A stretch of 64,000 nt of DNA from Klebsormidium nitens (lineage: Eukaryota > Plantae > Klebsormidiophyceae): assembly GCA_000708835.1 (NCBI GenBank), contig DF237026.1, positions 62,001-126,000 on the forward strand. Reading direction: 5' to 3'. The notes under the pieces are model-generated. The model saw nothing but the letters and a program-made list of their open reading frames with translations. It was not told where the DNA came from and did not search any database. Position 1 is the first letter of the stretch; every line of letters begins with the position of its first letter. Positions 52,038-64,000 of the stretch are shown in pieces. Both the position numbers and the translations under genes were made by a program.

Positions 52038-54373
52038 CTATGAAAAGATCTCAGGCTTCAAGATGCCAATGTAAGGTAGCGAACGATACCTCTCCGCAAA
52101 GTCGAGGCCGTACCCAACCACAAACTCGTCTGGGCTCTGTACCAGAAACAATGTCATCTCATCAGTTAAACTTCGAATGAGCCTGAACGCGACTCCGAAT
52201 CATGCAAACCAATCAAGCCACGAGCGTCGAGTACAACCCATCTTGACGATTCAGATAAAATCAAAGCGGCTAGGACAAGAGCATGGCTAAACTCACAGGG
52301 AAGCCGATATACTCTTTGCCCCCGGGGGGATACTCGATGCTGACCACCCGCCTCGCCTCCTTGTTAAGCAGCGCGCAGACACTGACGGTCGCGGGCGCTT
52401 TGTGGGACAGGTGCTTCACGAGCTTGTTCAACGTGTGGCCCGTATCGATAATATCTTCGACCTGCTCAGAAAAACGAATAGGTCAGAGTCTATTGTGAGA
52501 GAACACGGCGAGCGGAACAAGGAAACTGGAGCCAGGCAAGCGGGTTGACCTGCCGGTTAACCTGCGACTTACCCCCATTTTCACGAAGTCTGGAGGAGTT
52601 GCATCGATGCTTCTTCTGATCAAGTCAACGTCTCTCCTCAGGGGGGGACTTTCAAGAAACAGGAGCGAGCATGGACGGCACTTTTGTCAGCTTCCAGCCT
52701 GCAGGCTTAGATTCTCGAGACGTCAACTTTTAGGAGGACGACAACATGAGAGTCTGCATGGCTTCAAAGGTCGGTTCAACGAATCGGAAGCCGGTTTCTG
52801 CTAGGGACTGCACGATGTCGTTGCGATATGTGAATCTGTTACCTAGTTTCTTCACAAGTTGGCGGGGCCTTTGAAGGACATGGTGAGTTGATGGTAATTT
52901 TAGAAACGATAAGTGCTGAGACTGGCCGCCCAATACCGGCAATAGAATGCACCCTCAGCAGACTCGAAAGCGCAGCAAAACGAAGGTTTTGATATTCATA
53001 ACGAGAAAAGATGTCCTTTCGGTCTCCTCGACATCTCTCGTTTGCAGCCCGAAGGCGTGTCCCGTTCAAAAGAAGAAACGGAGGACTTGACCGCAGACTT
53101 TTGTAGATGCATAAGCGACCGCCCCGCTCCTCACAGCTCTCTCGAAAAATTTGGCAATGCAATGAAGGCGTGCCCCCGTGCACGAAAGAGGCAAAACTGA
53201 GGCGACAATCAGCAACTCATTGCAGGCGAATACACTTCGATCCTGGACATGACTCTGCATTAGATTTAAAAGGCATGTCACTTTCGAAGCCAGTAAGCTA
53301 AACAGAAGGCAGGCATCTGCAAAAGCGAGAAGCACTCAACATCTCAAGAGAAGGGCTTGAAAACGAGTATGACTTGTGACGTTCCGAAATCGAAGAGCTA
53401 GGAAAGCTGAATTAGAAAAGGACTGAGCATGGACAGCGGAAAAGAGGAAAAGAGCTGCTGGGGTTCGCGCACCACTATGACGTTTTGCCCCACAAGATCC
53501 AAGACTGTGTCCTTTGTAATGGCCACAGCGCCGCTCGATGTCGTTCCAACTCCATAGGAGGCGGCTTTTACAAAGTCGATCTGAACGGGAAGCGAGATGG
53601 CCCTCGCTAGGTCGGCCAGGAAGAGAAATGCGCCCGTCGCCACCTGCCAATACAACATGTTTCAGCTATGGATGTAGTTCCATTTTGCCTCTAAAGTCTT
53701 TTAGAGGCAAGTATTACAATCATGTGGCGTACTGCTTCACTAGTCGTCTCACACATGAGCAACAGGGATCAGATTCTTCAGAGAGGAAGGTGCTACGCGG
53801 AACATTGTTGATTTCTAATCAGGTCTTGGGCTCCTCATCCGAAAGCAAGGTGGTAAAACCCCACATTTTGGCTGCGGCCCAAACACATCGCTTGATAAGA
53901 ACCCAGTAAAAAGAGGAAGCGTAAGTTTCTAGAAATCAGCACACAAAACGAATGTGACGAGGGACCTAAACTCTCTCTGGAGATTGAACTTCCTTTGTCA
54001 TTTCCCATCATTGTGTGCCCCTTCTCAACAACCGGATGAGGCGTTTGCATTTCCTAGGTCAATCTGTAGTCCAAAGAGGTTCTCTCTCACGCCAATATTG
54101 ACATTCAAAGTCCAACCAAACAAGAGACATGGCCAAAGAAGCCTCTACCAAGTCAAGCAGGACGGAACGTGTCCAAAGAAAGCAGCCTTGATAAGCGACT
54201 TTGAGGGGTTGCCCTACCCCAAGTAGCACCACTGGCTTTCCCGCAAAATCCTCTGATATCTGCTTCCCAAGCTCCGCCACTTTTGCCGCCAACACGTCAG
54301 CCGAGAACAACACCTCCCTCATGTCAGCGTCTTCCTCGTACCGCATCTTGATGGGTGCGGTGGTGGTGCCCAT
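52038..54373 (-). CDS. HPT: Hypoxanthine-guanine phosphoribosyltransferase, 196 aa; exons 54218-54373, 53473-53643, 52297-52461, 52038-52136
   Basis: Motifs [19 protein letters not shown], the PRPP-binding [18 protein letters not shown] and [22 protein letters not shown] are present; all junctions are phase 0. Confidence 0.95.
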
Positions 54374-55195
54374 GTTGCTCCCTACTTTAGTTATACTCTC
54401 TTTCTCTGATGCTCTGAAACTGTTTGCTGACAAACCTGACAAACCACCTCTTTGTGGGGCTGGAGATGTAGAGTTCCGCCAGGGTATACTGCCTCTGGTG
54501 GAATGGAGATGTGCGACACAGTGGGAGTTCCCGTGAGGAACAGGGCAACTGCTCGAGGATGGATTGAAGTGGCGGAGCTAAATTCCTGTTAGCAAAGGTT
54601 GCTTGTAAGGTTGAGGAGAAAGCTGTGCAACAGAAAAGTTGGATTCCTGCACGTATGTTAGCTGAAAAAGAGTGGCGTTGAAAGGACAACTTTGGGCACC
54701 TCGGCTTATGGCGTGCATGATCCGCCCCCGAAAACAACAGCGATGAAAGCAGACCAATTTGGCAGGTGGACGTACTGACGTAGTGGTGTAAGTGAAGGAA
54801 GAACAGGGGCGCTTTTCAAGAGTTCAACTTCAACTTCAACTTCAAGTTCAAGCAGGAAACTGGAATTTGGAAAGCTGGCCAGCTGTTTACACACGGGCTA
54901 AAATGTGGTGATCATCACTGTGGTAATGGTTCAGTGCGTGGTAATGGGTTTCAGGGGGATTAACAGGTTGCGACACCAAGGCGTAACGTTAGCAAGGAAA
55001 CGAAGGGGACCGTTACGGTTTGGTGACCCTGTCTTCTGAGCGCTGCTGAAGGCAGCTGAAGGTTGTGAATGTGAGGTCAACTTTCGCATGATCAAATGTT
55101 TTCCAACTTGGAGTTTTACTATTAGGCAGAGACGTTTCGGTTGGTGGTGCTATTTGATTTCATTTCCCATCAGCAGAAGAAGATGTCTTTCGGGA
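54374..55195. promoter_or_regulatory. Probable bidirectional promoter between HPT and PRORP
   Basis: The start codons lie head-to-head about 0.8 kb apart. A (TTCAAC)n-like hexamer run sits near 54823-54851. Confidence 0.45.
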
Positions 55196-58100
55196 ATGTG
55201 GCTGCTGCGTGTCCCTAGGGCTTTCCAGTCGCTCTGTTCCTTTGTTGCAAAGCATGTGGCCCCCTGTGCCGAGATGCAAAGCGCTGCAGCCCTCCCACTC
55301 GCTGGACTCTCAAACAACGTGAGAACATTCAAAAGCCTTGGAGGGCCGTCTGAGATCTTTACTCAGGCCCGCATTTGGAAGGGAGGTCTGCTATCTAGCT
55401 TAGAAAAGCCAGCATTCCTGGGGGATCTGCCGTCAAGGAAAACTAGAGCAGGGAGGCTTGTGTCGCACGATCGGCTCTCCAAAAGGAAAGGCAACAAATC
55501 CCTGGAGTGGAGGCGGGCCAGGGAGAGCTGGCTGCACAGATTGTCAGCAGGGCAAGCCGTGCCAGCCGCAAAGCTGCATGAGCTTCTCGTGAGCGAACCC
55601 CAGGAGCTACAGAAAACCACTTTACGGCCTCAGAAAGGGGAGCTACAGAAAACCACCCCAAGGCCTCAAAAAGCAACCCCAAAGCCGTACCACCAGCCAT
55701 CGCTGGACTCCCGAAAACCTCCTCAACCTCGTTCTCCGAAAGAAGCTCAGAGGATGGAAAATCCAAACCAGAACAAGCGGAAGCGGAAGCACCAGGGGCC
55801 GGAGTCTGAGTGGCGTGGCAAACTAGATATGTGCACAAAGTTGAGGGACGTGGGGGGGGCGCTACGACTGGTGCAGGAGGGGGTGGATGGTGGTTTCCGC
55901 TTCCAAGCGCGCAACTTCAACCAGGTTCTATACCTTTGCGCAGCGGCGGCGTCTGGTGAGCCTGAAGTTGGCGGTCCAGAGGCGTCCGAAAAAGGCGACA
56001 TTGCTGGGACGTCTGAAAACGGCGGCATCGCTGGGGCTACTGACGACCGCGGTGTATTGGAAGCTGCAGAAAGGGGGAGCGGGGAGGACACTAGACAGGG
56101 GAGCGAAGGGACGGACGGAGACGCTGGGTCGTCGGTGATTGACAAGGGTTGGGAGGTGTATGAGCTTATGCAGCAGGTGAGGCTTGCGCTGGTACGAGCT
56201 GTATGCTGCTGCCATCAGGAAAAACGTCAAGATGTCATCCAATGGAGTGTGCTCAAGTTTCGAGACGTCAGTAGGGGGATAGTTGAAATACAGGCTTGTT
56301 AATGGTGAATCTTCTCTTATGGAGGGAGGATGGTAAGGTATGCAGAGAGCGTACTCCGGTGAACAAGCGACACCACTTCAGCATCGCTCTTATGTGGATT
56401 AATCTGGAAAGGTTTCGAAGTGAAGAGGATCGCGCAATTCAGATTTCTGACTCTTCCAGATGTTCATGCGTCTGATCAGCCTTCAATGTCATCCATGCTT
56501 CGGTTGCTTTGCTCTTTCCAGAAGTGGTCCTCTTTGCTCCTGACCAGAGGTCAATGCCTTACACAACATTGTTGGAGTGGCCAATGGGAAGCCAAACTCA
56601 CTTTCTCGTCGATTGTTAGGCCTGCAAACACCGAAGAGTGTTTTCATCACTTCATCCTTGTTGTAACGTTACTGTCCTGGGAATCAATTTTTGATGCGAT
56701 ATAGAGTCTGCATCACACTTTTCAGCCCCTGGCTTGACAATGTCAGGAGACTCCATCCTCACAGCGGGCCCCTCTAGCTCTTTGAATTCCACTCATGATA
56801 CCAATTAAGGACAAGAAGGGAGGGTACTCTATGCAAGATGGCTGCTCTTTTGTTTCAAATTGGTCAAGAACTGCTCCAACTCATTGAACCTTTTGTGAAT
56901 GAATTGTCAGTGGATCACCGACCACTCATGTGGTTCATTTCCACAGCAAGGCGTCACACCCAATGAAGCCACCTTCACCTCCATGGCGCGAATCGCTGCC
57001 GTTTCCGGCGACGGCGATCGCGCGTTTGCACTCGTCAAACAGATGTCCGCAGCAGGCATTTCCGGCCGATTACGCTCGTACGGCCCAACTCTAGCAGCTT
57101 TTGCAAAGGCGGGCCGGTTAGAAGACGCTTTTGAGGTCGACGAGCATATGTTAGCGGCAGGAGTAGAACCCTTGGAAGCGGAACTCGCAGCGTTGTTGTC
57201 GGTTAGCGCAGAGAGCGGGAGGGCGGACAAGGTGTATGCGCTGCTGCACCGGTTGCGGGTGACTGTAAAACTGGTCAGGTAAGCTTCTCGATTAGCGCTA
57301 ATGTGACGTTCATCGAGGTTGGGAACGAGTTTTTTCTGCCTGCCTGTTAGTTGAATGTACAGGGCAAAGGGCTCGTCGTTGGTCCATTTCACGTTTGCGT
57401 AGTGAGGCACACTCTGAGCATGATGCCAGCAGAGTAAGGATCGTTCAAAATGCAGTCGGAACAGAGTTGTAAGGTTGCGCAGGAAAGCAGTTTCTGCGAG
57501 TGGAAAGCCTTAAAGTTTGCTGAGGGCGCAGTAAACGCGGCCACTTTGCTGCACTGCTCCAATCTTTAGGTGTTTGTGGGGGCTCTTTAACAGTCAATGT
57601 AGCGTTTGGGGGCTGACGCAGCTTGATGATGGCACAGGGAGGAAAGTTCAATTCTCGGGCTCGAATTGCAACACTCAATCTCAAAATTGTCCTGAATTCC
57701 TTCTGCACTTCTGAGGTGGATGACATTTCAAACAATGAGCTGTGAGTGAATCAATGAATCTTTCGGTTGGTACGTGTAGGAGAGTGAAAGTTCGAGTTCT
57801 TGCATCAAGGTGCTGTGCCGACAAGCGGAGTCGCTACCCGTTCTGGTGCGCAGGAGTCAAAAGCAACTCTTAACCACCTCGAGTCCAGGAAATGCCTCCC
57901 TACTAAATGCATACACATCCCGCTCCTGCAGCCCCGAAACGATTGCCATTCTCGAACGGTGGTTCTCTTCCGAGGCAGCCTCCGCGCATGCGAGCGGCTC
58001 TTTCTCTCCAGAAGAGATCAAGTCCGCTGCCGAAAAGGCCACGGGGGGTGGCTGGCACGGCAAGGGTTGGCTCGGAAACGGAGCTTGGACGGTGGAGAAA

Positions 58101-61100
58101 CGGAGGATCGAATCGAACGGCCGTTGTAGCACCAGCGGAGAAACGCTCGCGGCCGTCGATCTGGATCCTGCGGAACGGGAAGGGTTTGCGGGGGCGGTGG
58201 CGCGGTTGGCGTGCGAACGGGAGCAGCAGCCGGATGACTTTCGGAACTTCCAGGTAGGTGACAAGCAAGTCTACCCGTGGGATAGTCCCTTTTCTGACGG
58301 TGAGCTGCTTAGTGCTAAACGGGAGATCTGCTCATAAAATCGTGCAAACGGAACGAATTCGACTTTCACAAACTTTCGGCTGCTCTCTGAACCCGGGGAT
58401 GGAGAACACGGACTCCCGTGTGCTGCCCTGGACCCCGCGTTGGCTATCACCCCACTGCCCGGCCACCGCGCCGAGTTGGTGACTCTATCCCGGTCCGCGC
58501 AAATTTGACTCGGACGGCGAGCACAACATTGTATCTAACCTACTCAGCCAGACTGGGCCGTCGCCGTCGGGCGGGCCCGGTTTTCGAGTAATTGGACTCA
58601 GACCGACCGTCGGTCAGCGGTGGCCGCGCGCGTTATACAAGGCTTCACCTAAGTGGGGTGATAGCCAAGGCGGGGTCCACGGTAGCTTACGGGAGTCCAT
58701 GTTCTCCATCCCCGGGTTCTCTCTAGCGGAAGTATCATCAGAGTCCAAGGAAACAGCAGAACCTGGCAGGTGCTCTTGTACGAAGCTGTCAGCCACTCTC
58801 CCCCTTTTCGTTCACCGCAATAGGCGCTAACGTCGCCGCTAACGTCATCTCTGCAGAGGTGGCTGGACGAGCAAGGGGAGATGTTTGCGGTGGTGGATGC
58901 GGCCAACGTGGGGCTGTACAAGCGGGTGCATTCGGACGGGAGCATGGCCTGGCCGCAGGTTAGCCGTCCGATTATCCAGTCTGAAGACGAATCCACTCCC
59001 TACGTTTCTGGCAGATTCCTTGGGACTTTGGCCATCAGGTCAGCTCGAGTCTGCTTATTTGGCCATACAAGCGGGTAGATGCGGATGGGAGCGTCGCCTG
59101 GGCGCAAGTGGGCCGTCCGCGGCGCTCAAACTGCATACTGCAACACGTTTCACCATCTGATGTCCATCGAGCTTGGTGTGGACTGTTGACACCTTTTTTG
59201 ATGATTTCCCCTTTGATGATTCCCCCCACCTCAATGACGGTTCCACAAATTGATACTTCTTGATTCAATCAAATTATCCACTGAACACATAAGCTGTTGA
59301 CTTGAAAACAGAACCTAAATCAAAGGTTCACGCCTTTCCCTCTCTCAAACATCTGAACCCGCCAACTAAGCAAACCCGTCTCGAGACGCTTTCTCCTCGT
59401 TGTTCTTTGGACTTTGATTCACTGCGTCAATGTGAGTCACGCAGTGGGGCATGCCTTTATGCTCAGGCGAGAAGCAATCTCCAGCAGACCTTCGCTTCTC
59501 AATGATGTTATTCTTCTGCTTTGGCTGCCTTGACGTGCTGATTGGATCTTTCAGCTTTCAAGCTGAGCTTTTGATCCAGAACTCTTGGTTGCTTTGTCAT
59601 CACCTTGGTCGTCAGTTTGTTGTGAAAAGTTAGGCTTTGAGTCACGCTTCCGGTGATCTGCCAAGTTTGGTTCTGTATCTGGAACATTGTTTACGAGGAT
59701 GAGAGAGGACTCGGAAAATACCTGACCTTTCCTGTAACCCACCGAAGTTCTCTGCCATTCAGCACTTTGAGGTCACCTGATATTTTAGAAGATGCCGATT
59801 CCGTATCCTTTGCGGATCGTTAAGTGCTGAAGACCACTGTCTCTTACGTTCATACGAGATCAGACCCTTGCTGTGGCCGTGACTGGTTGGCCCCTTTGGC
59901 GCACCCTCGCCAAAGGTGGGACCAATGAGGAGCCAAAGAGATGTGTCTTTTCAAGTCTCCAGTGCACTATTCCGTAGTTTGTGTCGGCGCTTGTTCTCCT
60001 CGGTCCTCCGAGAGTCGTTTCTGCCGTCGAGGATCGGAGTTGCAGACATGCGTGCTGGAGTGCCTTTGCCTCAGCTCTTCGGAAGGTTGCTTCTGTTCGT
60101 GACCGTGTAAGCCCGGCCGTTTTCATGCAGTGGTTTGCTTCGAAGCTTCCTAAGTGACTCTCTGCCGAGACTCTCTCGCCTATTCGTTTTCGCGGGTTGC
60201 TGGTGGAGGTTTTGGAAAAGAAAGGCTGTTTGTTGTTGGACGGGAAGGTGGAGGTGTTGCGATACAAAAGCAGCGAAGGCGAGGAGTCAATCCCGTTTGA
60301 TGGGTGACATTGATTGCCGCTTTGGCTATGATGGCTCGTGAATTGGCGCGCTGACCGCCTTACACAGGAACCTGATGGCCCGCAACGCATTTATATCAGT
60401 TGTATCGATTTCAGGGATGGTTGTTGATATATCACGCACAATGCTGGGGACAAGAAATTCTTCTGTCTCAGGCATCAAGCTTTTTAATTAGCTGCTAAAA
60501 CGGCTCCCTTGTATCGGTTGGCTTCAAGAAGCGCTGCGTGAAAGCTCTGGTTTGAGAGAACTGGCCTCAAATCTCGTAGCCAGTTTAGAAGACAGTTGGC
60601 CTGCAAAGCCGGTTCGATCGTCCAAAGCAAGCTTGCGAAGCATTGTTGTTCTTTCGTGATTGCCTCCGGCAGATGCTTCTGGTCCTGCGGACTGGCTCCT
60701 ATTTGTTGAATCTGTCGCGAGCTTTGGGCCTTGGCGGTAGACAAGCGACGAATCGAAGGAGACTGCTGTATCGATCTGAAAGTGGCTGCTGGGCAAGTCG
60801 CACCCAAACGGCAAAGCGCCGGCGTCAGCGCTGATCACGTGATCTTTTTTTCCGCAATCCTGACGTCTTGAGGCTCGCACAGTCAATCCTCGTCCACCTT
60901 TCCGGTACACAGGGCGTTGACCACCATGAACGAGTTCAAACCGGCGAACCGTAGCACATGTTGGTCAGAGCTACTGCTGCTGACGTCAGCTCCATATTAT
61001 CGCCGCTGTCGGGTCTCTTCCGACCACGTGTTCCCGACCTTGTTTGTGGTCTGGAGTTCAGTTCAGTCGCGAAATCGACACGGATGGTGAGCGGAATGAA

Positions 61101-63705
61101 GAAGCGTGACCGATCGGGGCGGCTACCTTCCTTCCCGTCGCACAGAGACGATAGATGCTGGCAATTTTTCCCAGACGACTCTCTCTCACCATCTTTTTCT
61201 CTTTGAGTTCCGGTGATTCTGCAGGTCGGTACAAGCATAAGCGGAATGAAGGGACTGCGTCGGTTGGGGCGGCTGCCTTGCTTCCGCGAGTTACCCAGAA
61301 ATGTTAGACCCTGCAAATGTCGAATCGCATTCCGTTCGTTCCGCAGGTCGACACGGTCATGAGCGGAATGAAGGAGCTGGACCCCCTCGGCCAGTGGCTG
61401 CTGCTCGAGTATCACAGACAACAAACGCTGTCAACTCTCTTGATCTAACCTTGCCTTACCGGCCTTTTCTCAGCTTATTCCGTTCGTTCCGCAGGTCGAC
61501 ATGGTCATGAGCGGAACGAAGGAACTTGACCCGTCCGGGCAAAAGCCGCTGCTCATGCATACAGAAAAAAAAAAGTCCGTCAACCTTCTCTTTTCAACCT
61601 TGACTTACCGGCCTTCCCTAATCACATTCCGTTCGTTCCGCAGGTCGACACGGTCATGAGCGGAATGAAGGAGCTGGACCCGTCCGGGCGGTGGCCGCTG
61701 CTCGTGTTGCACCAGCGGAGGACCAAGGGCGCGCCCGCCACGCGCGCATTGAAGGCGTACCGGGATGAGTCGCGGTTCTACGGGACGCCGTACGGCTCCA
61801 ACGACGACTGGTGAGCCTCCCAATCTTGTTTCGATCTGAAATTATGACATCATGACGGAGTGATTGGAATAGGAAGGAAGGCAGCTCGTTTTCGAACCGA
61901 AAGTATGAACGCGACGCTCGTCAGCTTTAGGTGTCGGGTCTCGCCTTACTCGTGTTGAAAAATCTGATCAGAATCTATCCCAAACCGTGCGTGCCGCTGT
62001 TGCCGAGTCGCCGGACACCCGATCCGTCCAATCCGCCAGATCCGCCCATCCCGGTCAGTCCGCCGGCTTTGGTGTCTGAGCAAGCAAAGCATTAGGCCTG
62101 GGTCCGTTTTGACGGACTCAACTATCTGGGTATACGCCACGCTCCTTGGATTCTGACCGTCGTCTTCTCATTTGGAAGCTCGTGCTTTTTTTCAACCGTT
62201 CTGTTGTCGACTTTCGCCGGTTGTCCGGTTTGCGCTTCTCAACCCTGCTGCGCGCAAGCTTAGGGGGTCGAGTTCCTGTCAGAAATACTTCCAAAAAGGG
62301 CGTCGCTGCCTGACTGTTCCTGAAGCCGGACCAGCATTGATCTCGTTTGGCACTTCTCTCGTCCCTTCGTACCCTCTTTGCACATTATGCTTCTTGTGTG
62401 CTAGCACGGGAAACGGAGCCTGACAAGACACAAGTGCCAATGAGGAGATTGCTGATGCTCATCGCGTCGAGTTTGGGGTACTTTGCGGGCCTCTTGTTGG
62501 GACACTGTTCTGTCAACGGTTGTTTCGAAGCAGAACGGACCGTCAGATAGCATGGATAAGTCAGCGCAACTCGCAGCTGCGGAGGCCGTTCAAAGGCTCG
62601 AACACGGTGCACTCCTGACTGACGTCGTGATGGCTGCGTCCAGGTATTGGCTGTATGCCGCGGTTAAGAAAAATTGTTACCTGGTAACCAACGACGAGAT
62701 GCGCGACCACATCTTCCAGCTGCTCGGGGACAACTTTTTCCCCAAGTGGAAGGAGCGCCATCAGGTGAGCGGGCGGTTTTTGCGGATTCTCTGTTCCGGA
62801 GTGGTTGCCTGAGTTTCTAGAACCCCAGGCTCAGAAAGCTCGGAATGGTCAACTTTTTCCCTGAGTGAGAGGAGCGTCACCAGCTGAGCCGGCACTCCTC
62901 GTCACAAGTGTGAACATACTGCTACTTACTTTGAGAAACTTCAACGGACGGAATAGTGACCTGCAAAATCAGGTCGTTTTGAGGGTGCATCATTACAAGG
63001 ATGGAGTCTGAGCATTTTAGCGCCTGCGGGCCTTTTCTTTTGCTTGCTGGGCCAACCTCATGTCCGCGAAGCTCGTCAACTTTGTCCCTTCGTCCGCACA
63101 GGTACGGTTCACAATGCACGAGGACGGCGATCTGTTCGAACTCCCGCCGCCGTTCTCCACCTGCATCCAGGTACGGCACGCCTGTGTTCTTTTGCTGTCA
63201 TATCGGAGTTTTCAACAGCTTTGCAGCAGGCAGACTGCAATCTTGACTCAGCAATCAGTTGCGCAACAAACCATCCCTATTTCCCGGTAGTCATATCCGT
63301 AACGGGTTTGCACAAGCAGGGTGTGAAACGCTTTTTTGAAGAGAAGTTCCCGACGCAAGAGGTCTGCTGTAGGCGTAAAGGACCGTCGACAACTCCGGAC
63401 GGGGCGGTGGTTCGCCTTAAATCGACCTGGTTAAATCATTTCCTTTGCTCGACGGGTTTGCTATATTCGTAAACCTTCTTTTGTCTCTTTATCTCTCCGA
63501 CACCGGCTCCATAAAAAGAGACTTAAGGTGCTTTCAGGTTAAGACCCCCTCGAACATGGTCTTCATTGAGTTGCTGAGGCCCATCTTGTGGCCGGTGCAG
63601 GAATCGCTCGAAGGTTCGTGGTACTTCCCGATCAGGGATTCGGACGAGTGGCTATGCTGTCATAGACGGCGGCCCACGGATCAAGATACTGCATTAAAAC
63701 CGTAG
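55196..63705 (+). CDS. PRORP: Proteinaceous RNase P (PPR + NYN domains), ~732 aa; exons 55196-56176, 56947-57278, 57932-58253, 58857-58958, 61644-61810, 62644-62764, 63102-63170, 63601-63705
   Basis: PPR segments are LDMCTKLRDVGGAL, NFNQVLYLC, PNEATFTSMARIA and RLRSYGPTL. NYN motifs are VVDAANVG, YGSNDDWYWLYAA, LVTNDEMRDHIFQLL..FFPKWKERHQVR and PPPFSTCIQES..GSWYFP. The N-terminus looks like an organellar presequence. Confidence 0.95.
58389..58719. mobile_element. 331-bp MITE-like element with 68-bp TIRs in PRORP intron 3
   Basis: 58389-58456 is the reverse complement of 58652-58719 with 6 mismatches. tctct flanks both sides (58384-58388, 58720-58724), a possible 5-bp TSD. Confidence 0.78.
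61070..61560 (+). repeat. Array of four copies of the PRORP exon-5 acceptor and start
   Basis: ccgttcgttccgcag|gtcgaca.ggtcatgagcggaa.gaaggagctgga variants start at ~61076, 61225, 61347 and 61495; the real exon starts at 61644. Confidence 0.92.
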
Positions 63706-64000
63706 AGAACGATTCTGCCTGAGCGTTGAAAATTTTAGCTAGCGCCTTTCTACCGTACGCAACACCATGAGGATCTATGTGACTCGGCGCTTTCCGAATC
63801 AGAAAGGCCGTCTTTTGCGACATACGGTTTGTACTGGCAGGCTAATGCACATGACCCATGTGGCTTTCATTACATGGATGCGGACGGTACATGTTTATTA
63901 GTATCCTCCTAGAGAATTCAATGAACGTGACTGAATATTCAGTTTATAGTACGATTCATGATTCCTGGCGCCCTTTCCGGCCGGTCAAACTGCATCCGTA

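Noticed and set aside
52730-53335. ORFs within HPT intron 2 as possible transposon fragments
   Set aside because: No transposase, RT or integrase motifs recognised, and no terminal repeats.
61070-61650. Regularly spaced ~150-bp repeats as a CRISPR-like array
   Set aside because: The repeats are copies of a host exon edge in a eukaryotic intron, with related rather than unique spacers and no cas genes.

Overview
This is eukaryotic nuclear DNA, gene-dense and rich in GT-AG introns. The gene content (At3g11960-like propeller protein, PRORP, bacterial-type HPT, M32 peptidase) fits a streptophyte green alga, probably Klebsormidium-like; that assignment is inference. I reconstructed spliced gene models by hand and checked exon phases. 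In order they are: MOCS2B/CNX6 (5' partial, +), an M32 carboxypeptidase (-), a disrupted F-box/LRR ORF (+), SLY1 (-), an RSE1/DDB1/CPSF1-family propeller protein (+), an uncharacterised ~181-aa protein with a presequence-like N-terminus (-), an NDP kinase (+), a HERPUD-like ubiquitin-domain membrane protein (-), an SLC35D-type nucleotide-sugar transporter (+), RPS23 (-), HPT (-) and PRORP (+). Two MITE-like elements sit in introns. The most striking feature is a recurring pattern of splice-junction 'echoes' in at least five genes. Degenerate copies of (3' splice site + exon start) are stacked upstream of the real exon, and copies of (exon end + 5' splice site) are stacked downstream, often with AG/GT intact. 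A second pattern is CATG-rich islands in the spacers downstream of gene 3' ends. No database searches or RNA data were available, so family calls rest on recognised motifs and the splice models are predictions.
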